The notes under the pieces are model-generated. The model made no database searches. It had not been told where the DNA came from and saw only the letters and a program-made list of their open reading frames with translations. Source: Fimbriosthenelais zetlandica (Eukaryota). From it: a stretch of DNA of 64,000 bases. Location of the stretch: positions 18,662,001 through 18,726,000 of the forward strand of contig OZ365109.1 in the NCBI GenBank assembly GCA_977030845.1, given 5' to 3'. Each line of letters opens with the position of its first letter. The first letter of the stretch is position 1. A program made the translations under genes and the position numbers. Shown piece after piece: positions 48,909 through 64,000 of this stretch.

Positions 48909-51249
48909 ATGGCGTTTGGACTCCACCACAAGTCTGTCGCTTATGCGGCCACTACACTAGGAGCTTCGATGATGAATTCAGTCTTCGGGTTTTATTATGT
49001 GAAAATATTCCTGAACCATTACCACGTTTCTCAAGGATGGTTTCAGGCAGCACAGGTATGCAATTATTAAAAATAAATTTCTGACTTAGGGCCAAGATAT
49101 ATTTTTCATAATTTGAAATAAAAAGATGCTTTTAATTGTCCAATTATAACTCCCTTTCTAATAATATTACCGGTATACTCATTTTACCAAACCATATATT
49201 AATTTTGAGGGAAATTTCCGAATCGGTTATGAGCGGGAATTTTCATTGAATCTGCTGTTGGACCAACCTTTGCTTTTATAATGCAAATGTTTGTCTCTTT
49301 ATGATTTCAGATTATCTACATGATATGGAATGCCATTAATGACCCACTCTTTGGATACATGCAAGACAACTGGAACTATTCCTGGCTAAAGAGTCGCCGT
49401 CATTCTATCCTGTATGGGGCACCTTTATACGGCATTGTCTTCCTCGTCGCTTGGTTCCCGTGGAGCAGATCTGGAGATGCCATGACCGGCCTACACCTCA
49501 TGGTCACCCTCTGTCTATTCGATGCCCTCCTCACCTTCGTCCTCCTCGCCCAGTGTGCCCTCTTTGCAGAGCTATCCAAAAAACAAGAAGACCGCCTCCA
49601 ACTAGTCAAATATTCCCAATACGCCAGCCTCCTTGGCTCCACAAGTGTTTTCTTCTGTGACTATTTCTCAAAGGGTCTCGAGAACTTCTTCGCTTTTCAA
49701 GTGATCTGTGTGGTAATTGCTGTGTTAGGATTTTTGTGCATCAGATACACCGGGATTCATTCAGTGACTGAGTATGATGAACTGGCCATAGCTAAAGTAC
49801 AGCCGGCCGGGGATTCCTTGTCGCAGGATGCTTCGACTTCATCTGTGAAGCAAATTATGAAACAGACGTGGGAGATTGTCAGATGTCAAGATTTCCTCAG
49901 TTTTGTCTTTATGAATTTCTGCCAGGTGTACCACAGCGCATTCCTGTCAGGATTTGTCATCATATTCTGTGATCAGCTTTTGTCACAGGACCTCATTCCT
50001 CCTACTTTTAGAAGCTTCTTCTACGGGTTTCTTCCCTTTGGTTCCCAAGTTAGTATCCTTTCTAGGGTTTTATTTGAACCAACTTTCATTTTATCGTCAC
50101 TATCAGTTCGCCAATAGATCTCAAGAAAAATAGGAATTATTTCATTCTAAGATCTTTCACCAGATATGATAGCTTTTTGAAAACTGGTACGATGGGTGTA
50201 CATGAATACTTTATTTTTTGCAATAACAAACTGCATATTTGATCATCCATCTTACACGTTTCTGCCGATTCATTTTTTGAACACAGTAACTTATTGACTT
50301 TCACTTTTCTTTCAGATAGTAGTTATTCTCTTCATTCCTATTGTTGGTCGGTTTGGTTACTTCAGGGTAGTAAGGGCGAGCTTTATCCTCAAGCTTGTCA
50401 TGGGCTTGGTTCTCTTCCTGATAGGCCCCAACCCCTGGTTCCTCATGATCTTCTTTATAGTAGACTCGTGAGTACAATTCAATCTGATAATAATTATTTA
50501 TTTAACATATTTTTGTATAGAAAAATCTTAGTTTACTTTAAAATGGAAGCAGTAATACATCTGTTTTAAGAACCTTATAGAACCATGGCTTATTTTGAAG
50601 TCTTCATAATATAAAATTAATCATCTGCCTTCTTTTTTATGATGTACTATATTGTGAAACTATTGTTTTCCAGAGCTGGGTGCAATGGTGCATTCTCCTT
50701 GTTCAATCTATCTTTATCTGATGTCATTGATCAAGATATAACAAAACATAATCGCAGGTAAGATTCTATTTTATCGTAAACGAAATAATTCTGTTTTTTT
50801 GTCTGTGGCCATTTATGACATTACATATGTATACGTTTCATTTCTCCATCATATATATTAGTGATTTCATTCTCTTTGTACTTTGTATGCAAAAAAGCAA
50901 TGGGCACCATATTATGAAGATATCAAAATTCACTGAGTCTTGATTGATTTTATTTTGTAGGCACCCATTATCGTCCATGGTGTTTGGAACTAATGCCCTG
51001 ATTACTAAACCGGCCCAGTCATTCGCTCCAATGATCACAGTGGCTGTTCTCAACTATTATGGGTACAGCGAGTTGAAATCCAAGTCAGATTTAAAGGCGG
51101 GAAGCCACGAGGACCTCAACAATGCCATGTTTCTATTGGCCTGTGCCACCTCTTTTGTGCTAGGCGTTATTCAGTTAGTCATATGGTCAAAGTATAGATT
51201 GAGAAAGTCACATGAAGTAGTTGGCAAATATACAGAGGCCGATGACTAA
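48909..51249 (+). CDS. MFSD13A: MFS domain-containing 13A / TMEM180-like transporter, copy 1 (5 coding exons)
   Basis: Exons 48909-49055, 49311-50048, 50316-50467, 50674-50757 and 50961-51249 are in frame. Motifs WNAINDPLFGY, LSDVIDQD and GTNALITKPAQSFAPM belong to the GPH/MelB-like family. Confidence 0.88.
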
Positions 51250-52152
51250 AGGTAATATGATGTATGTGAAATAATCTGGGAGGAGGGCAAAGATGGAATG
51301 GGGACTGGTACTTGCATTTCTTTTCGTCATGCAATGAATTATTCAAACTTTATCCGAGGGTAAACAAGAACTGTTACAATTTTACATTATTCTTCTTATT
51401 TTACTCATGTTAGAGGGACCAATTACATATAAATGTGATGTTCAAGTGGACAAGAAGTCTCGCAGTGAAAGTTGAATGTTAAAATGGTCTAGTTATATGA
51501 AGACTGGTAATTCATATAGGAAAGAGTGGTGTTGCTTTTTGAAAGGAAACTATAAAAATGCGAAGTCTCCGAATTTACCCGCTCTTATAGGCGGTAGGCT
51601 CGTGGTTATTCATGAAGTCAATTTGCGCCCGAAATCTGTACTTGGGATTGGGAATCATTAATATGTCATAGGCACTTTTCCTGACCGCTCCAATGTTTAT
51701 TCAGTGTAATCGCATACGACCTTCCGGAACGAATCCACTTTCACTTTAACGAATTTGAATAACGTTAATAACGTTATTAATGTAGATCTGCAATTCAGAT
51801 GGACATATTTATACAAGCAAATGTTAAATATTTTTGTTGTGCCATGTGCCATAATAATGTGAAAATGAGTTTTTAATTTCTAACCGAAGCCAGCCTACGC
51901 TAATTCATTTTCAATATTTTGCAATGTTATACTATTTGCATACTATCTACATTGAATACATATTATATTATAACAGTTAACTATGTACTCGTATGATTCG
52001 TGGATTGAATAAATTTACTCATGTTTTCCACAAAATATTCACAACATTATTCTTGTAACTTTAATATTTTCCGTTCATGTAATACATGTATACTATAGGT
52101 AACATAGGCCTACTTCTGCATTTTCACAAAGGGAACATAGATGATCTAACAA

Positions 52153-52332
52153 CCGTACTTGCCGGTGTATAAGCCGCACCGGTGTATTAGCCGCATCCCC
52201 TGGTCGTTCAGGTTAAAATCCTTATATAAGCCGCGGCTTTGTTTAGAAATGTATATAAAAATCGCGTCGTTGTATAAGCCGCAGGCTGCGATTTTTTGAA
52301 AAAAGTCGCGGTTTATACACCGACAAATACGG
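52153..52332. mobile_element. pogo/Tc2-type MITE, 180 bp, CCGTA...TACGG termini
   Basis: 25-bp TIRs are 22/25 identical (CCGTACTTGCCGGTGTATAAGCCGC), with internal TATAAGCCGC repeats. TA on the right; the left TSD reads AA. Confidence 0.85.
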
Positions 52333-52478
52333 TAAGCCTATCAGCAATTCCTAAATTAGAATGTACGATATAGTTTGATGATTTTCTATAGCTATATTTC
52401 ATTTACCTTTTTTAGATGCATGATAACTGGGAAAGGGAGGATTGATGCTAAGTTTTCATTGATGTCTTGAATATGAAA

Positions 52479-54799
52479 ATGTTGTCACTGGATGACAAGA
52501 CTGTCGCCTATGCAGCTACATCATTTGCAACTGCTTTGCTCGATTCAGTGTTCAGTTACTATTACGTCAAAATATTCTTGAATTACTTCAATGTCACAGA
52601 AAATTGGTTTCAAGCATCACAGGTATGCATTATTTATGCAAAATATGAACTCTCTTAATGGGCCTAAATATGATCCCAGGTCGCCAAATATATTTTCTTT
52701 AATAATTTTCAGCAAGTCATTCGAATCTATTTAAAATCAATTTCATCCATTTTCGTTTATCATTATAAAGAGTATATTCTTGATATATTCATAAATTATA
52801 CTTTTCCTGAATTAAATTTGAAACTCTTTGTACGTATATTGAAGTTGGACTAAGATCGATTTTAACCGCTGAAACTGCGAATTATTATTTTTCTGGAAAG
52901 CTGCAAAAATCTTTTTATTGCAGGTGGTGTACATGATATGGAATACAGTGAATGATCCACTTTTTGGTTACATGCAAGATAACCTTGATTATTCCTGGGC
53001 AAAAAGTCGGAGGCATTCTATATTGTATGGAGCACCGCTCTTCGGTCTTTCTTTTTTCTTGGCTTGGATACCATGGTCAAGAACAAACAGCATAATTAGT
53101 GGCCTTCATTTGATGTTCACTTTATGTTTCTACGATACTCTCTTTACATTTGTGGTGCTTGCACATTGTTCACTTTTTGCTGAATTATCACGAAAGCACT
53201 GTGATCGAATCCGACTTGTAAAATACTCGCAGTATGCTTCATTGTTTGGATCAACGAGTGTATTTTTCTGTGAATACTTCTCAGAAAACTTAAAGTATTT
53301 CTTCAATTTTCAAGCAGCATGTTTTGTGGTTGCAGTAGTGTCTTCCATGTGTATGATATACACTGGTCGCAATGCAGAGACGGAATATGACATTCTTAAT
53401 ATACCTATATCTAACATTAAACCAGGGGATGTAGATCCTCAATCATCAGCCATGCTTTTTGGCTTGAAACATGCCTGGAAACAGACATGGCAGGTGTTGA
53501 AGGAGAGGGATTGCCTTAGTTTTGTTCTAACGAACTTTTTTCAAACCTATCACTACGCCTACCTTGCTGGCTTTTCCATGATAATTTGTGATCAGATGAT
53601 CTCAGAGGAGACGCTTCCATCATTCTATAGAAGTATATTCTATGGATCCTTGTCTTTCGCTCCTCAGGTAAGATTTTAACCATTTTTACTAATTTCACTT
53701 TTCATAATATCAAGATAGTGAGTCATAGTTACCGGGGACGTACATTCTATTGAATATGTTCTTTAATTGATTTGTTGGAATGCCATATTTTCTCTGCTTT
53801 TTGCATTTTTCTCCAGATCCTTACCATTATCATGGTTCCTGTTGTGGAGTCTGTAGGATATTATCGAGTGGTTATGGGAAGCTTCATCATGAAAATAACA
53901 ATTGGCCTTGCGCTGTACATGGCTGGCCCTCATCCTCATTACCTTATGGGGTTCTTCTTTATAGACATGTGGGTATAGAAGACTTTTCCTAGTAATACCT
54001 GGTCATATTATTATCTGTATACAGGTACATATATTTAGTGAATTTAAGCCATATTGAAATTGGTTCATCGCTTAATAACATACTTTTTAAACTATTGTAG
54101 ACTGTGTTGCAATTCAACTGTATCCCTGACCAATCTTATACTCTCAGATGTTATTGATCAGGATAAAGTTCTGCATAATAGACAGTAAGTGCGGAAGATC
54201 AGTTTCTTAACTCAAACTCAAGAGATAGAGAAAAAGAAGAAAAAGGAAAGGGAAAAAAGAAATTAATAATCTGAGAATGGTATTTCCAATTCATTGAGGA
54301 GGTACTCGTAGTAGCCTTAGTTTTAGCTACCGAGAATATAATTATCCTTTCATTGTTTCACAGATCCAATAATAATTTTAGTTTTGGCCAAAATCTTTGG
54401 AAACTTTGTGACGCAACAATTAGTGCTACCATAGCCTAATTTGCTTTTTAAATTTCTTCACTACTAATTTGTTTCATTTCCAGGCATCCTTTATCATCAA
54501 TGGTATTTGCCTCTAATGCCCTTGTGACCTGTCCACCCGTGTCTTTTGCACCCATGGCCACTGTCTGGATTCTGAACAAATATGGTTACTATCTTGTAAA
54601 ATCTGGAGATGCTGCCAATGATCATCAAATCAACTCAGAACTGAACAATGCCATGTTTCACCTGGCTGCCTTCACTTCCATCCTGCTTGGCCTTGTCCAG
54701 GCATTGATATGGAGCTACTATAGGATACGTAACAGTCATAAGATTAAAACAAATATAAATAGCCTACTGCATCCTGAGTTTTCAACCTTAGGCCTATAG
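52479..54799 (+). CDS. MFSD13A: MFSD13A/TMEM180-like transporter, copy 2 (5 coding exons, intact)
   Basis: Exons 52479-52622, 52924-53667, 53817-53968, ~54101-54184 and 54484-54799 have the same intron phases as copy 1. An upstream in-frame ATG exists at 52473. Confidence 0.85.
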
Positions 54800-55074
54800 A
54801 TTTTCGAATCAAGGATGCAAAACCAGCACCAGAGATCATAGGGCAGTGTGGAAATGTAAAGAATATTTACTAGATCTGCACTTTAATCTCTTATTGAGAA
54901 AGACTAACACATACAGGACCTCGTATCTTCATTTTTAGCAACAATGCATTTAAACAAATCTATACATGTACTCAGCTCTACGAGAATTTATATCTATTGC
55001 AGGCCTGTTATATACATATTATGGAGGTCTTTATGTATACCGGTTATGGGGGTTGAAGTTGAACGTGCGTGGCT

Positions 55075-55235
55075 CGGGCCAGGGGGGTGGGGGCAGGTGA
55101 TCCAGAGGGTCCGGACCCCTTTTCCCCCCAAGAGACGATATATAGGCCTATCATCACTCAAATTGAAATAGTAACTTTGGGGGGTCACAAGGCTGAAGCG
55201 CCCCCCCCCCCCCCTCCAATTTTACAAAATCCAAT
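55075..55235. mobile_element. Relic of a GC-rich hAT-like MITE (GGATCCAG.GGG..CCGGACCCC type)
   Basis: GATCCAGAGGGTCCGGACCCC and CCCCCTCCAATTTTACAAAATCC resemble a common invertebrate MITE family (recall). The termini are not preserved. Confidence 0.4.
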
Positions 55236-55829
55236 GATCCGTCTCATGAAAAATGTACAGTGTCATAATAAAGCAATAAATAGAAAGGTTATGGTGTAAT
55301 TCGATGCCAATGATTTTAGAACCAACTTACCACAATAAAATATACACATGACAGGAATATACGCTGCTTCGTTTTGCATGAACGCACAGACCTACTTTAG
55401 TATCCAGGCCAGACTTGCATCTATAGATTCACTTCGTTTGGCAGCATAGGCCTAATAGTAGGCTACACTTGGGTCAAACCAGGACGTGGCAGGTGTGTAT
55501 TGATAGAAAAGCTTATCATCTACTGGTAGGACATTTCTGATAAATCTGTAACACCTGACACCTAATTTATATTAATGTATGGAAATTAATGTAATAGCCT
55601 ATACATGTACATGCATCCTAGACCTATATATCTGCCTGTAGGTAGTATTTTTGCAGGCCTCTGATTGTACCGGTGGCTCCTGTCAGTTACCTGCGGGTAA
55701 TGAAATATTGTGCATTGATCTCAATATAATAAGACAGAATGTCCCAAGGGGGATATTCTGTCTTTATATCATGTTGTCATATTTTAAATTAATCCGTGAA
55801 AACAAACCTTTTTGAGCGATAAAGCGGGC

Positions 55830-55920
55830 CGCAATCTTGTAAACAAGCGAGCAGCTGTGATGACGTCATAACGTCGCCAACAAAAATGACGTTAGCAACA
55901 TGACGTTAACAACGCTACAT
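55830..55920 (+). promoter_or_regulatory. Probable promoter of MFSD13A copy 3, with CRE cluster
   Basis: Palindromic TGACGTCA at 55861-55868, two further TGACGTT half-sites, and forkhead-like TTGTAAACAA in a CpG-rich patch. Confidence 0.5.
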
Positions 55921-56356
55921 TTTGCTTGGTTACGTCTGTACACCCCGCGTGGTGTAGAGATGACATTATTCCCACTATGTACATCCACCATTTTCAGTAA
56001 ATACAAGCTAATAACATGATATAAACAACCTATAACCATGATGAGCATTTGTTATCTTAAATCTTGTATGTTATGGTGATTTAATGTTCTTGTGTTGTAG
56101 GCCTAAATATCTAAATATTTAACTTCATTAGTTCGTTGTTTTTAATAGTAGGCTAGAATCAAAGAAATGATAAAGATTGAGAATTAATATGCTGCCTTAG
56201 TAGGTTACTAAAATCCAGAGCACAAAAATATTTTTGTCATCAAATAATACATTAAATTTGTTTTTACTTTTTTCTTCAGATCAGAAGGAATTGGCAAAAT
56301 TGGTTAGGCCTATGGATATTCTATGACACACGGCTGACTCATTAAACTACAGGAAA

Positions 56357-58397
56357 ATGTTATCCTCACTGGATAACAAGGCTGTGGCCTATGCTACTAC
56401 ATCATTCGCTTCTGCCATGATGGGCTCAGCATTCAATTACTACTATGTTAAAGTATTTCTAAATTATTACAATGTCACAGAGAGTTGGTTTCAAGTATCA
56501 CAGGTATGCAGTACATATTGTCTTAATTATTTGCATAAAATGCAATGTTCAAATAAATTTATATAAAATACTCATTGACTGTTATTTTGTGCAATTTATC
56601 TTTTCTGGCTAGATGGAATAAATTCCTAAATTTAGACTATTTGGAGGAATGCTTGAAACAAATTTTACATCATTTTTTTTTATTGCAGGTGGTGTACATG
56701 ATATGGAATACAGTGAATGATCCACTTTTTGGCTACATGCAAGATAACCTTGATTATTACTGGGCAAAAAGTCGGAGGCATTCTATATTGTACGGAGCAC
56801 CGTTCTTCGGGCTTTCATTCCTGTTGGCCTGGATACCATGGTCAAGAACGAACAGCATAATTAGTGGCCTTCATTTGATGTTCACTTTATGTTTCTACGA
56901 TACCCTCTTTACATTTGTCCTCCTTGCACATTGTTCACTTTTTGCTGAACTATCAAGAAAACATGGTGATCGTGTCAGACTTATAAAATACTCGCAGTAT
57001 GCCCGTTTACTCGGATCAACGAGTGTATTTTTCTGTGAATACTTCTCAGAAAACTTAAAGCATTTCTTCAATTTTCAAGCAGCATGTTTTGTGGTTGCAG
57101 TAGTCTCTTCCATATGTATGATATACACTGGTCGCAATGCCGAGACGGAATATGACATTCTTAATATACCTATATCTAACATTAAACCAGGAGATGTAGA
57201 TCCTCAATCATCAGCCATGCTTTCTGGCTTGAAACATGCCTGGAAACAGACTTGGCAGGTGTTGAAGGAAAGAGATTTCCTCAGTTTTGTTCTAATGAAT
57301 TTCTTCCAAACATATCACAGCTATTATCTTGCTGGCTTTGCCATGATAATTTGTGATCAGATGATCTCGGAAGAGATGCTTCCCTCATTCTCTAGAAGTA
57401 TTTTCTATGGATCATTATCTTTCGCCCCTCAGGTATAGTATAGGATATTATTAATCATTTTAATATGTAGTTATGCCTATATATTCTATCCGATATCTTT
57501 CTACTTATTATCTACAATGTAGGCCTTTACTTTTTAATGTCAAAAAATAATTTGAAATTGATTTTATCTCAAATCTTCTCTATTTCCGCAGGTTGTAACT
57601 ATTGTGATGGTGCCAGTTATGAGATCTGCAGGATATTATCGAGTGGTTATGGGCAGTTTTATTCTTAAAGTAACAATTGGCATTGCCTTCTACATGTCTG
57701 GACCCCATCCCCATTACCTCATGTGTTTTTTCTTCATCGATACGTACGTGTACTACTTATTTTATCATTATATTTCATTACTTATATTGAAAGATTCAAT
57801 TGATCAGATTGATTCCTTGCTAAACAGAATATTTTTGTATTCATATAGAATATGCTGCAGCGCATCTGCAAATATAACAAACCTTATACTGTCAGATGTG
57901 ATAGATCAGGATAAAGCTCTTCATAAAAGAGAGTGAGCATGAGCAAATTATTTATGTTTAGTGAAACTTTCGAAGAGAATTCTTCAATGAAACAGAAGGT
58001 GAGAATAGGTGTTAATATTGTTGGCTTCTTTTTCAGGCACCCACTATCATCAATGGTATTTGCCTCTAATGCTCTCGTAACAAAACCAGCCATATCTATT
58101 GCACCCATGGTTACTGTCTGGATTCTGAACAAATATGGTTACTATCTTGTCAAATCAGGAGATGCTGCAAGTGATCAAATCAACTCCGAACTGAACAATG
58201 CCATGTTTCACCTGGCTGCCTTCACTTCCATCCTGCTTGGCCTTGTCCAGGCATTGATATGGTCTTACTACAGGATACGCAACAGTTATAAAGTGATCAG
58301 CAAATATACTGAAGTGGATAGCGACGGTTTTCCACATTCCGTTACGGGAACTGATCCCCAAGCCAAGATTACAGTTCAGGCAACTAAAAACGCTTAA
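56357..58397 (+). CDS. MFSD13A: MFSD13A/TMEM180-like transporter, copy 3 (5 coding exons, intact)
   Basis: Exons 56357-56503, 56690-57433, 57592-57743, ~57849-57932 and 58038-58397 have the same structure as copies 1-2. Confidence 0.85.
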
Positions 58398-60120
58398 ATT
58401 TTCTGACATCCTTTTATTCCTTTAATTTCATAATCTGATAAGGGATATCCTTATTAATCTTATATTTTTAAATTCATATAATTTATATAGGATGGTACAG
58501 ATAGTACGCAGACCACGTCGGTCCAGACACCCGGTCTTCCCATGACCTCCTGTTCATCACAAAACGCTATTTAACACCAATGTATTTGGCGGGTGGAGGA
58601 ACTATACAAGAATAGTAACAAGGGCCCTGGTCCTCTTGCTCCTTTTAAATTTAATCTATTCCGGCACATACGCACACAATTGCATTGACAAATAAAACAC
58701 GAGGCATCATGGAAAAAGATAAGACTTTTTATTCGCAACCTCAGATCAATGCATCAATTGGTTTCCCTAACTGAACAGGTGGCCTGGCAAGCATTGATTC
58801 CGACGCTTCACAATATTTACATACATTTTGTTGTAATATGGAGATCTGAGAGATCCACCTTCCTCAAGCTGTGTAATAACAACCGTGTAAAACTTGAGCC
58901 ATGGCAGTCCTGATCGCAGAATTGAATTTCTTTTCTGTCAACAGATGACCATCGTGAAAATTGAGTGAAATAATCTAGACTTTGGAAAGGAATTCACTAT
59001 TTTTAAACTCCTATATACCAGGATACTGGGGATTAAGCTTAAGCAGCAAGTGGTTTGTTTTGTGAACTGTATGCAAGGACAAATCAGAATTAAGTCTTGG
59101 CTTAATTCATATATAAACATCTAGCTGGTGCAAAGAAAGGTGATCAGAGTGAAACGTGGCCTAATGCAGCGAGACTCTTGGATATTTAATTACATAATTA
59201 TATATGTTTCTCAATTTATTAAAACAATGTATTCAAATTTATAGAAATCCCATTGCAATATTTTTTTTATATTATAAGTACACATGAAGCGTGTTTAAAT
59301 ATAATATATTCGTGGTTTACCAATTACAGGGATGCAAGTTAGGCAAAGGCAAACTTACAAAAATTCAAAAACCATTTTCCCATGATAATTTCTGAAAAGA
59401 TGGCAATAAATAAGTTTGTATCTAATTTCTTGAATATACATAATTGCATCATATTTAGACCTAATCTGTCACTGAAAAATACATCAAAATATTGTGAAAT
59501 AGAGTAAACTTCACAAGTTTTGAGGTTGCCAGAAAATTTGCATCCCTGCAGCTAATTGATGAGGAAGAGGAAATTGAGGACAAACAGGACTGTGGATTGA
59601 CTTTTGTTACGGGTATTAATCTATTGGACTGCTGGACCAGCAAAATGTGCAGCAATGAAGATGTCTGACAAATGAACCTTTCAAGGTTCTCCTATGTACG
59701 ATATTTCTTCTGTTTTATTTTACAGAGCTCCATTGATCACAATGGTTCCCGACGGTAGAGGATAAACAAGCCCACTCTGCACCAAGAACCAATACACTTT
59801 CACCCTTTTTTTTCTCTCTCCATTCCAAGGCAAAGTGGGCCAGTCTCTGACTTTACATTTCATTTTCCATGTGGTTCCTCTCATTTCATCACATAAACCA
59901 CATCTAATAACTAATGTTATTTGTCCCAAACTAACTCGTGGCACAGTCTTGAAAGCATTCCATGGAGATTTTCTCCTGTTTTTCTCCGGTGAAATCGTAA
60001 ACCAGTCCTGATTATTTTCCCCACTGTTTCTCTAATTCGTTCAAGACCTAACAGAGACCCAGCTCTCCCATCCCCTCCCTGCAGAGAATAATCCTACTAT
60101 TGCGTCTCGCGCGACTGTTG

Positions 60121-63930
<3,810 letters not shown>

Positions 63931-64000
63931 CTAAATATACGAGATACAGAACATTAACAAATCATTTTCTTGCAAAAAGAAATAATAAATCTACTGCTGT

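Overview
Eukaryotic, intron-rich, AT-rich genomic DNA from a metazoan. It is probably a marine invertebrate, but the taxon cannot be determined from this window. The right half is a compact housekeeping block: an ankyrin-repeat/SOCS-box gene (-), UBAP1 (+), PSMC3 (-), three tandem MFSD13A/TMEM180 paralogues (+) and a 5'-truncated COPS2 (-). Between the divergent ASB-like and UBAP1 promoters lies a ~3.9 kb 29/32-bp satellite whose orientation flips at ~33435, forming a giant inverted repeat. One arm carries a young, internally deleted GalEa-type Ty1/copia element. The left 23 kb is accessory. It holds a 7.5 kb TA-flanked TIR element with two minisatellites and decayed exon-like cargo. It also holds a 4-exon gene that I assembled by hand, encoding an unrecognised 209-aa secreted Cys-rich protein with a Gly/Asn repeat, plus a second candidate spliced gene, MITEs, tRNA-derived SINEs and LINE relics. 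TA-flanked palindromes (TAGGCCTA, TACATGTA, TACCGGTA) are strongly over-represented. One TAGGCCTA is visibly a 6-bp insertion at a TA inside a satellite unit, which supports a transposon-excision-footprint origin. All coordinates, splice models and counts were made by eye, without tools.
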